A stretch of 38,608 nt of DNA from contig DASYOZ010000072.1 of NCBI GenBank assembly GCA_036007185.1, positions 1 to 38,608 of the forward strand, read 5' to 3'. A model generated the notes under the pieces. The model saw nothing but the letters and a program-made list of their open reading frames with translations. It was not told the DNA's origin and did no database searches. This document shows positions 16,990 to 24,956 of the stretch, piece after piece. The translations under genes and the position numbers were made by a program. This DNA comes from Gaiellaceae bacterium. Lineage in GTDB: Bacteria > Actinomycetota > Thermoleophilia > Gaiellales > Gaiellaceae. Numbering within the stretch: the first letter of the stretch is position 1; each line of letters starts with the position of its first letter.

Positions 16990-19874
16990 TCGCCGCCGAG
17001 AGGGTCATGGAGGACATCGCCCGCCTGCATCCGCTCTGCGAGCGAGGTCGCGGTCTCGCGCGCCGACTCGACGGCGCCCCAGAACGCCTCTTCGTCGAGG
17101 TAATCGTGCGAGACGTAGCCCGGCAGCGTCTCGGCCTCCGAGCCGCGAACGAGGCCTCGCGGCTTGCGCGCCCCCGCGAGCGGCCGGTAGAGGCCGCCGA
17201 GCGGTTCCAGCCCGACGAGGTCGCGCAGAACGAGCATGTAGAGCGGGATCTGGAGCCGCAGCTCGCTCTCGATCTGCCGGGCCGAGTGCGCGGTCTTGCC
17301 GGACTTATAGTCCTGGACGATCCCGCGCGCGCCGAACGGGTCGACGTCGATCCGGTCGATCTTGCCGGAGAGGGTCAGGCCCGGCGCGAGCTCGAGCCCG
17401 CGCTGCAACTCCGGCGCAGCGCGGTCGCTGCCGAACGAGACCTCGAAGCGCCGGGGCACGAGCTGCAGCTGCGACTCACACTCCTCCTCCACGAACGCGG
17501 AGAGGTCGCGCCACAGCGTCTGGTCGAGCTCCCGCTCCTGCATCTCGGTGAGGTCCATCCGCACGCCGGCGAGCGCCTCGTCGAGGCAGCGGCGCATGAG
17601 CCCGGTCGCCGCCTCTACGTGTTGTGGCTCCAGCTTCTCGACCCCGAGTTCCGCCGGCACCCGCGAGAAGAAGCGGTGCAGGGCGTTGTGCGCGACGCTG
17701 CCGCGCTGCTTCGCGTCGGGCTCCGCGTCGATCGTCCTCGGTGAGAGGAACCGCTCGACGAACCAGGCGGACGAGCAGTCGGCGAAGCGCTCGAGCTCGG
17801 TCACGGCGAAGGTGGTGCGCGCGGCGAGCTGCTCGAGCACGAGCGGGTGCGTGATCCTCGTCGGCCGCCGGAACGCCGCGCGGGCGCGGTCGAGTCTCCG
17901 CTCCCACCCGTTCGCATGGGCGAGCGCCTCCGCCGCGGCCGGATCGCGGGCGGCGAGCTCGGCTAGCGCCCGCAGCCGCTCGCGCTCTGTCGGCGCTTCC
18001 TCGAGCGGCCAGGTCAGCGCCGAGAGCGGGCGGCGGCGTGTCCAGCGCCGAACGTCGTCACGGTCGAAGAGCGCCTGCACGTCGTGCCAAAACGGGCTTG
18101 CCTCGCGCGGGCTGCCGTCATCGTCGGCCGCTTCGCGGACGAGATAGAGCCGCTCCGAGGCGCGCGTGCAGGCGGTGTAGAAGAGGTACCGATCCCGCGC
18201 GACCCGGTCGGGCCGGGCCAGCCGCGCTCCGCGCTCGTCGAGCCCTCGCCGCGCCTCGTCGTCGAGGAACGGCGAGCCGGCGCCGCGGCGCGGCAGGCTC
18301 CCCTCCTCCAAGCCGAGGACGAAGACGGCGTCGAAGCGCCGCGTGCGGGCGCGCAGGAGGTCGACGACCGCGACGCGACCCGCCTCGTCGCCCAGTCGCG
18401 GACGAAGCGCGGCCCGCTCGACCGCGGCGAGCACGTCCTCGCGGCTCAGGTCTCCGCTGAGGTCGCGCCAGCGCTCGAGCTCCGCGAGCAGCCGGGTCAA
18501 GGCCTCGTGGGCTCTGAGGTCGAGCCGGCTCGCAGCATCCGCAGGCGGCCGCTCGACGCCGTACGCGTTCCGCAGCATCCGCTCCGCGAGCTCCCACACC
18601 GCCGCGATCGGGTCGGCCGCTTCGCGCAGCTCGGCGAGAGCAGGCAGCGGCGCGTCGCGCAGCCGCTCGGCCTCGTCGACGACCCGCTCCGGCATCTGCA
18701 CGGCGCGGCCGCGCAGGCGCCCCTCCACGAAGTCGACCGACCGCCGCTCGAGCCCCGAGAACGGCGAGCGGAGGAAGCGGAAGAGGTCGTTCCGCGTCCC
18801 TCCTCCCCACGCGAAGCGCAACATCGCCGCGAGCGCGTTCGCGAGCGGCGTCTGCGTGAGCCGGAGCTCGCCGTCGATCGCGTACGGGATGCCGCACGAG
18901 CCGAGCGCCGTCTCGAGCGCACCACGCAGCCGGTCGTATCCCGGCACCACGAGCCCGATCCGCTCCGGCGGCATGCCGGCGCGGGCGAGCGCGAGCACCT
19001 CCTCGCCGACGAGCTCGAGCGTTCCGCGGCTTCCCGCGCCCTCGAAGAAGCGGATCGCGCCGTCGATGGGCGGCGCGGCCCCCGGCTCGTCCGCGAACAG
19101 CGCACGCTCGAGGTGCGCGAGGGCCGGGGGCGCGATCGCCGCGTAACGCGGCGGCAGCTCCTCGGCCCCCGACGTCGCGAGGCCGGCGAGATCCTCGGCC
19201 GTCCGGCGGAGCGCGGCAAAGGCCGGCCTGCCCGGCTCGTAGGGAAGCGAGACCGTCACCTCGGTGCGCGCGGCGAGCGCCTCGAGCAGCGCCCACTCCG
19301 CGCCGGTGAGATCCTCGAAGCCGTAGGCGAACACCGGCTCGTCGTGCCAGGCGTCGAGATCGGTCAGGAGACGCTCGACCGCGCGGTCGCGAAGGAGGCC
19401 GCGGTCCCACCGTCCGAGCCGGTCGAGCTCGGCGCGGTACGCGGCGTAGAGCGTGCCGAGCTCCCCCCCGACCTCTCCCGGAGCGAGCAGCCCCGACTCG
19501 AGCTCGTCGAGCGCCTGTATGAGCGAGTCGACGAAGCCGACACGCGCAGCTGACCCGGCGAAACCAGCGAGCTCGGCGCCGTTCACGACGCGACGCACGA
19601 GCAGCGTTCGCTCCGTCTGCCCGAGCCGCGGCCGTAGATCTCTGGCGCCGTCGGCGAGACGTGAAAACACGTCGTCGAAAGTGCCGATCGCGCCCCCGAG
19701 GAGCGCCGACCGCCGCGCCAGGAGCTCGAGCTGGACGCGGTCGACGTCTGCCCGGTTCGGCACGATCAGCACGGGCTCGGCCCCGCCGGGAGACTCAAGC
19801 GCCTCGAGGTAGCGGCCAAGCAGAAGCTCGACCTTGCCCGCGTTGGCGGGCCCCGCGATGAGGCGCAGCGGCAC
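16938..19874 (-). CDS. addB: helicase/nuclease subunit B (AddB-type: degenerate P-loop, RecB-like nuclease, Fe-S cysteines)
   Basis: N-terminal GPANAGKV, nuclease motif IVQDYKSGK, and a cysteine set FADCSS ... CPSWCDLWPMC that resembles the AddB iron-staple cluster. GTG start at 19874. Confidence 0.8.
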   Translation of the reverse strand: MPLRLIAGPANAGKVELLLGRYLEALESPGGAEPVLIVPNRADVDRVQLELLARRSALLGGAIGTFDDVFSRLADGARDLRPRLGQTERTLLVRRVVNGAELAGFAGSAARVGFVDSLIQALDELESGLLAPGEVGGELGTLYAAYRAELDRLGRWDRGLLRDRAVERLLTDLDAWHDEPVFAYGFEDLTGAEWALLEALAARTEVTVSLPYEPGRPAFAALRRTAEDLAGLATSGAEELPPRYAAIAPPALAHLERALFADEPGAAPPIDGAIRFFEGAGSRGTLELVGEEVLALARAGMPPERIGLVVPGYDRLRGALETALGSCGIPYAIDGELRLTQTPLANALAAMLRFAWGGGTRNDLFRFLRSPFSGLERRSVDFVEGRLRGRAVQMPERVVDEAERLRDAPLPALAELREAADPIAAVWELAERMLRNAYGVERPPADAASRLDLRAHEALTRLLAELERWRDLSGDLSREDVLAAVERAALRPRLGDEAGRVAVVDLLRARTRRFDAVFVLGLEEGSLPRRGAGSPFLDDEARRGLDERGARLARPDRVARDRYLFYTACTRASERLYLVREAADDDGSPREASPFWHDVQALFDRDDVRRWTRRRPLSALTWPLEEAPTERERLRALAELAARDPAAAEALAHANGWERRLDRARAAFRRPTRITHPLVLEQLAARTTFAVTELERFADCSSAWFVERFLSPRTIDAEPDAKQRGSVAHNALHRFFSRVPAELGVEKLEPQHVEAATGLMRRCLDEALAGVRMDLTEMQERELDQTLWRDLSAFVEEECESQLQLVPRRFEVSFGSDRAAPELQRGLELAPGLTLSGKIDRIDVDPFGARGIVQDYKSGKTAHSARQIESELRLQIPLYMLVLRDLVGLEPLGGLYRPLAGARKPRGLVRGSEAETLPGYVSHDYLDEEAFWGAVESARETATSLAERMQAGDVLHDPLGGECPSWCDLWPMCRIERP

Positions 19875-19883
19875 CCGCTTAAG

Positions 19884-20116
19884 CTAGCGCGCGAGACCTG
19901 CGGTCTCACGCGCTGGGACAAACGAACTCCGCGCGCCGAGAGTGCGATCTCGGGCACGCTCCGTGCTGTTCTGGTTTTTGATGCTCTGAACGAGAGCGTT
20001 GCCTGGTGCGCTCGCGCGCGGCGGAGGCCGGCGCGAGCGCAGTTCGGCCTGCGGCTAAGCCCCCGCTAAAGCGGATGTCTTAGCCTCCGGCCCTTTGCCT
20101 AGTTCTGGTTGAAGCG
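19884..20116 (+). repeat. Copy A of a ~230-nt hairpin-rich intergenic repeat
   Basis: Hand alignment to 22561-22791 in the same orientation, roughly 85% identical. Long identical blocks include GGTGCGCTCGCGCGCGGC, CGGCCTGCGGCTAAGCCCCCGCTA and GCGGATGTCTTAGCCTCCGGCCCTT. Confidence 0.85.
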
Positions 20117-20135
20117 GCGGTGGCGCCGTATCGTT

Positions 20136-20351
20136 TCAGACTGTGGCTGACTTGGGTCGGCGGCCGCGGCGGGCGGCGGCGCGGCCCGGCATCTTGCCGG
20201 CGCACGGGTCGCAGAGGTCGGCCTGCTTCGCCCCGCGGCGCGCGTCGGTGTACGTGACGCGCATCACCGCACCCTTTCCTTCGTCGACCTCGCTGCCACA
20301 GCTGTCGCACACGAGCACCGTTTTCCGAGCCACCGTTCTCCTCCTTCGCAT
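20136..20351 (-). CDS. small Zn-ribbon protein (CDSC...CDPC) with an Arg-rich C-terminal tail
   Basis: High GC3. An AAGGAGGAGAAC Shine-Dalgarno sits directly before an internal GTG at 20333, so the real start may be 20333 (65 aa). Two CxxC pairs and the tail AARRGRRPK. Confidence 0.55.
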   Translation of the reverse strand: MRRRRTVARKTVLVCDSCGSEVDEGKGAVMRVTYTDARRGAKQADLCDPCAGKMPGRAAARRGRRPKSATV

Positions 20352-20392
20352 GGGGCGATTTACGTGGAAACCTTATAGAAACTCGAGTGCAA

Positions 20393-21433
20393 CTATGCGG
20401 CGTCTCGTGCGCGCCTGATAGCCAAGAACGAAGCAGACTGAGCATCGCCTGCTCTTCGGGCAACAGCGCGGCATCCCGTGCCTTGACCACCCGCAAATGG
20501 CGGGGCCGGAAATCGTCGATCGTTCGTCCCTCGAGGTACTGCTCGACAACCGCAGGCGAGACATAAGACTCTCGCGTCACGGCAGGCGTATTTCCGAGTT
20601 GCTTCGCGACACGCTGCATGACAGACGTGATCGATCGCTTCTGCTCCCGTTCCGATTGCGGAAATCCCTGCCGGTCCATACCTTCCGCAAAGTAGATCGC
20701 GGCGAGGAGCGTGCCGCCCCCCGTCCGGGAGTCCTTGGCGCTGAATTCCTCCCCGAGCTAGATCTTCACGTAGTCGTTCAGCCGTTTGCTCGTGAGGTTG
20801 TAGAGGTCGTCCTCCCAGCGGTACTTGAAGACCCGCGGGCCACCCCCTGACCTGCAGGAGGCCGCGGATCTCGTCCGCCAGGTCCTTGTCGACGAGCTCG
20901 GAGCGCACTCGAATTCCGGCTTTCGACGGGAACGAGAGCCTGATTCGCCTGCCGCGGACATGGACTTGCCGCCTGAGCAGCGTCGTGACGCCGTAGGTTC
21001 CCTCCCGCGCATATCGCTCGGAGCCGACGCGGAACCAGCCGAGCGAGATGACGCGAAGCGCGATGGCCGAGACGCGCTCGCGGTCGAGCTCGTCCTTGTC
21101 GAGGTGCTCCGTCATTGCGGCGCGCAATTCCGGCAGGCGTTCCCCGAAGCGGATCAGGCCGTCGTACTTCGCCTCCTCCTGCGCCGCCCGGTAGTCCGGG
21201 TGGTAGAGGTACTGCTTCCGGCCCGCCTTGTCGTAGCCGGTCGCCTGCAGCTTCGCGTAGGGGCGCGGCGAGATCCAGACGTCGGTCCACGCCGGCGGAA
21301 TCGCGAGCGACTCGATTCGAGTGATCCGCTCCTCGTCGCCGATGCGCCTGCGGTTCCGGTCGAGATAGCGGAACCGCCCCTTGCTTCCGGCACGCAGCCA
21401 GCCGCCGCGTGGCCTGTTCCGCTCCTCCGACAT
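20393..21433 (-). pseudogene. DNA topoisomerase IB (poxvirus-like bacterial type), disrupted
   Basis: The N-terminal 190 aa are intact (RYLDRNRRRIGDEERITRIESLAIPPAWTDVWIS...LQATGYDKAGRKQYLYH). The frame switches at a C5 run (20843-20847). An in-frame TAG lies at 20758-20760 within NDYVKI*LGEEFSAKDSRT. The catalytic region LGNTPAVTRESYVSP continues in the shifted frame. Confidence 0.75.
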
Positions 21434-21490
21434 GTCCGCGGATTGTGGACCGCACCGGCGGATGCGAAACCGGTACTAGGATCGAATCCG

Positions 21491-22564
21491 ATGCGCGACG
21501 AGCGGACGATCGTCGTCCTCGAGGGCGACGAGACGGGACAGGAGCTGCTGGAGGAGGGCCTGCGCGTTCTCGAGCCCGGCGTGATCGGGGTCGAGCTCGA
21601 CTTCCCGCGGTTCGATCTCTCCCTCGACCGCCGCCGCGAGACCGACAACGGGGTCGTCCACGAGGCGGCGGCGGCGATCCGCGAGCACGGGCCCGGGTTG
21701 AAAGCGGCGACGATCACGCCCGAGGGCCGCGGCGACATCGGATCTCCGAATCGCATCCTTCGCGAGGAGATCGGCGGCAAGGTCATCGTCCGCACCGGCC
21801 GGCGGATTCCGGGCGTCGCGCCGCTCGGCGGCGTCCACGCGCCGATCTCGATCGTGCGGATGGCGGTCGGCGACGCCTACGGCGCGAAGGAATGGCGCGA
21901 GGGCGAGGGCGACGACGAGGTCGCCTTTCGTACCGAGCGGATCGAGCGCCGCATCTGTCACGCCGTCTCCGAGTTCGCGTTCCGCCAGGCAGAGCGGATG
22001 AGCGCCAAAGTGTTCGGCGGCCCTAAGTACACCGTCAGCCCGACGTACGAGGGGATGCTCAAAGAGGAGATGGACGCAGCCGCCGAGCGCCATCCGGACG
22101 TGCCCTACGAGCCACAACTGATCGACGCGACGTTCGCGCTCCTCCTCTCCTCCGCCGGCGACCCGCTCGTGATCCCCGCCCTCAACCGCGACGGCGACAT
22201 CCTCTCGGACCTCGTCCTGCCGCTCTTCGGCTCGATCGCCGGCTCGGAGTCGCTGCTCGTCGCCTTCGAATCGGACTTCGAGCCCGCGGCGATCATGGCC
22301 GAGGCGGCCCACGGGACAGCGCCGTCCTTGCAGGGGAAGAACGTCGCGAACCCGATCGCGATGATCCTCGCGGGAGCGGCGCTCCTGTCGCATGCGGGCG
22401 ACGAAGCGCAGTCCGCCGGCCGCGCGATCCGCGAGGCGTGCCTCGAGGCGGTCGGGCAGGGCGCGCGCACGGCCGATCTAGGAGGCCACCTCGGCACGCG
22501 CGAGTTCACCGACGACGTGATCGACCGCGTCCGCGCGAAGCTGGAGGTCTGGGCGGCGCTCTAG
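21491..22564 (+). CDS. isocitrate/isopropylmalate dehydrogenase family oxidoreductase
   Basis: NRDGDILSDL and AHGTAPSLQGKNVANPIAMILAGA motifs. ATG 21491 (MRDERTIVVLEGDETGQELL) is in frame inside the longer ORF 20825..22564. Confidence 0.85.
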   Translation: MRDERTIVVLEGDETGQELLEEGLRVLEPGVIGVELDFPRFDLSLDRRRETDNGVVHEAAAAIREHGPGLKAATITPEGRGDIGSPNRILREEIGGKVIVRTGRRIPGVAPLGGVHAPISIVRMAVGDAYGAKEWREGEGDDEVAFRTERIERRICHAVSEFAFRQAERMSAKVFGGPKYTVSPTYEGMLKEEMDAAAERHPDVPYEPQLIDATFALLLSSAGDPLVIPALNRDGDILSDLVLPLFGSIAGSESLLVAFESDFEPAAIMAEAAHGTAPSLQGKNVANPIAMILAGAALLSHAGDEAQSAGRAIREACLEAVGQGARTADLGGHLGTREFTDDVIDRVRAKLEVWAAL

Positions 22565-22791
22565 CTCGCGAGACCTGCGGTCTCGCTCGCTGGGAGACCG
22601 AACTCCGCCGCCGGGAGAGCGCGGTCTCCCGGCGGCTCCGTGCTGTTCTGGTTTCGATGCTCTAGACGAGAGGGCTGCCCGGTGCGCTCGCGCGCGGCAG
22701 AGGCCGGCACGAGCGCAGTCCGGCCTGCGGCTAAGCCCCCGCTACGCGGATGTCTTAGCCTCCGGCCCTTCGCCGGGTTCTCGTTCACGCG
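22561..22791 (+). repeat. Copy B of the ~230-nt hairpin-rich repeat
   Basis: See copy A. It starts on the TAG stop codon of the IDH-like gene (CTAGC). It contains a perfect 12-bp hairpin at 22607-22636. Confidence 0.85.
22607..22636 (+). terminator. 12-bp perfect GC hairpin followed by a T-rich tract, possibly the terminator of the IDH-like gene
   Basis: GCCGCCGGGAGA-GCGCGG-TCTCCCGGCGGC, followed by TCCGTGCTGTTCTGGTTTC. It lies inside repeat copy B. Confidence 0.3.
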
Positions 22792-22857
22792 CTCTCGAAC
22801 CTTCACCACGACGGGAGTGCGATCCCGAACCTTGCGTCAGCCCCCGTGTGTCCTCAG

Positions 22858-23424
22858 CTAAGAGGCAGCGGCGTGCCAGACGTCCCAGCCATCTGCCCAC
22901 GCATCGACGAACAGCTCCGCTGCCAGCGGGTCGAACTGCGTTCCGGCTCCGTGCTCCACCTCGGCGAGCGCGTGCTCGTGGGTGAGAGCGCGGCGGTACG
23001 GCCGCGGCGAGATCATCGCGTCGAACGCGTCGGCAATCGCGAGGATCCGCGCCTCGATCGGGATGGCGTGGCCCTTCAGCCCCGCCGGGTAACCGCCGCC
23101 GTCCCAGCGCTCGTGGTGGAAAAGGACGTAGGGAAGCGCCACCCGGAACCTGCGCAGCGGCATGACCAGTTGGGCGCCGGCGCTCGGGTGGGCGCGGATC
23201 TCCGCCATCTCCTCGAGTGTGAGAGGGCCGGCTTTGCCGAGCAGCTGTGGTCGGACCTTCACCTTCCCGATGTCGTGGAGCGGGGAAGCAAAGCGGAGCG
23301 TCCGGATCCGCTCCCGGTCCCACCCGAGCTCCCGGGCGACGGGCTCGGCGAGCGCCGCGACGCGGTCGCCGTGGCCGAGGGTCTGGTCGCGCTGCTCGAG
23401 TGCGCGGGCGATCGAGTGGAGCAT
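22858..23424 (-). CDS. stand-alone HD-GYP domain protein (putative cyclic-di-GMP phosphodiesterase)
   Basis: LHDIGKV and HHERWDGGGYPAGL motifs. No sensor or receiver domain is present. Confidence 0.85.
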   Translation of the reverse strand: MLHSIARALEQRDQTLGHGDRVAALAEPVARELGWDRERIRTLRFASPLHDIGKVKVRPQLLGKAGPLTLEEMAEIRAHPSAGAQLVMPLRRFRVALPYVLFHHERWDGGGYPAGLKGHAIPIEARILAIADAFDAMISPRPYRRALTHEHALAEVEHGAGTQFDPLAAELFVDAWADGWDVWHAAAS

Positions 23425-23457
23425 GCCTGGACGGATTCCCCACCTAAACGCGGACTC

Positions 23458-24366
23458 CTACCTCTTCCAGATGCCGCCGATCGGGGTCCCCGTCCGGGAG
23501 AGCCCGAGCCGCGATAGTCCCCACGCGTCCTCGATCGTGCGCAGCAGGCCGTAATGGTTCGTCGCCCGCGGGAACCTCGAGCCGCGCCGCACCGTCGGGC
23601 CGAGCGCGAGCGCTTCGACGCGACCGCCGCCGCCCGCGTCGCTCGTTCCCTCGTCGAACACGACGAACACCACACCACCGCGTAGCTCCGGCGAATGCAG
23701 CAGCGGCACCACGTGTGCCTTCAGCCAGGCATCGCCGGTCACCACGGAACAGTCGTGCATGTCGTCGCAGAGGTTCGGGATCACGAGGGAGAAGTCGGGC
23801 AACCGGTGCCCGGCGAGATCGCGGGCGAGCTGCGTGAAGGGGACGACGCGGTCGCGCCGTGCGCGTGAGTCGACGACGTTCCGGAAGTACAGAAACGGGT
23901 TGTGCTTCTTCGCGTAACGGCCAGCCGACCCGCCTGTGAAGCCTGGGTACGGGAGGTCCTCCGCGTACGTCTTCCACGTCTTGCCGGCAGCGCCGAGCGT
24001 GTCGGCCAGGCTGCGGGCGTGCACGACGCAGTCGGTGCAGTCACTCGAAATCCCCTGCGTCGAGCCTGAGACGAGGGCGAGGTAGTTCGGCAGGCTCGGG
24101 TGAGCGACGGCCTCGTAGTCGGCCACGCGCGCGTAACGGCGTGCGAGGGCGTTGAAGGTTGAAGCGGAGGAATTGCCGACAATCGCCGTCGCCTCGTGAT
24201 TCTCGAACACGACGAGAACGACATGCGTGAAGCGAGGCACCCGCACCGACGGCGGAGCGATCGTCGGCGCGGTGGCACCGGCCGAGCTACCGCCGCAACC
24301 GGAAGTGACGCTCGCAAGCACGAAGGCGAGCGCGAGCCCCCTGGCTAGAGCCGACCTTCGAGCCAC
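23458..24366 (-). CDS. secreted phosphoesterase family protein (acid phosphatase / phospholipase C-like), possible lipoprotein
   Basis: Signal peptide MARRSALARGLALAFVLASVTSGC. FTHVVLVVFENHE and HPSLPNYLALVSGST are typical of the Phosphoesterase family. Confidence 0.8.
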   Translation of the reverse strand: MARRSALARGLALAFVLASVTSGCGGSSAGATAPTIAPPSVRVPRFTHVVLVVFENHEATAIVGNSSASTFNALARRYARVADYEAVAHPSLPNYLALVSGSTQGISSDCTDCVVHARSLADTLGAAGKTWKTYAEDLPYPGFTGGSAGRYAKKHNPFLYFRNVVDSRARRDRVVPFTQLARDLAGHRLPDFSLVIPNLCDDMHDCSVVTGDAWLKAHVVPLLHSPELRGGVVFVVFDEGTSDAGGGGRVEALALGPTVRRGSRFPRATNHYGLLRTIEDAWGLSRLGLSRTGTPIGGIWKR

Positions 24367-24935
24367 TTCTTACCGTAGTGCGTGACGAAGAAGCCGATCA
24401 CGGCCGCCGCGGCGATGCCGGCGGCGGCATAGATCCCGTAGCGCTGGATCGCATCGGCGGCGGCGTTGCCGGCGTAGTAGGCGACAAGCCCGACCGCCGT
24501 CGCCCAGCAGATTCCGCCCGCCGCGTTCCAGAAGAGGAAGTCCCACCACGGCATCCGGGCGATGCCTGCCGCCCAGGCGGCCGTGTAGCGGAGGACGGTG
24601 ACGAAACGGCCGAAGAAGACGATCTTGCCGCCGTGCTTCGCCATCAGCCGCTCTGCCGCAGGGAGGAAGCGTTCCGAGTAGCGACGTAGCGGCCCCCAGC
24701 TCTCGAAGAGGCGGCGCCCGCCGAGCCGGCCGATCAACCAGTAGCCGAGGTTGTCGCCGACGATCGCCGCCGCCGCGGCGACCACGATCACGGAGACGAT
24801 CGAGTAATGGCCCTGCGACGCGAGCACGCCGAAGGCGATCAGAGCCGTCTCGCCCGGTAGCGGCAGGCCGAAAGACTCGAGGGCGACAACGGCGAAGAGC
24901 AGCGGCAACCCGTGACTCGTGAAGAAGTGCGTCAA
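24345..24935 (-). CDS. DedA family membrane protein
   Basis: ESFGLPLPGETALIAFG and GRFVTVLRYTAAWAAG motifs. There is no in-frame ATG, so TTG 24935 is a tentative start. The ORF-track extension to 25952 is antisense to pntAA and is rejected. Confidence 0.8.
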   Translation of the reverse strand: MTHFFTSHGLPLLFAVVALESFGLPLPGETALIAFGVLASQGHYSIVSVIVVAAAAAIVGDNLGYWLIGRLGGRRLFESWGPLRRYSERFLPAAERLMAKHGGKIVFFGRFVTVLRYTAAWAAGIARMPWWDFLFWNAAGGICWATAVGLVAYYAGNAAADAIQRYGIYAAAGIAAAAVIGFFVTHYGKKWLEGRL

Positions 24936-24956
24936 GGTGCGTAGGCTATTTGTCGG

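Noticed and set aside
19884-22791. Interpreting the two 230-nt repeats as attL/attR of an integrated mobile element or as IS/MITE terminal repeats.
   Set aside because: There is no integrase, transposase or recombinase between or beside them. The repeats are direct, long and only about 85% identical, which is unlike att cores. I saw no terminal inverted repeats or target-site duplications. The enclosed IDH-like gene looks like housekeeping. The idea is kept only as one low-probability option in the finding.
22792-22857. Possible LexA/Cheo-box half-sites (TCGAAC, CCGAACCTT twice, 30 nt apart) downstream of repeat copy B, and CGAAC inside both repeat copies, near DNA-repair genes.
   Set aside because: Only half-sites are present. 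There is no GAAC-N4-GTTC or TCGAAC-N4-GTTCGA palindrome, and the position relative to the addB start is wrong for copy B.
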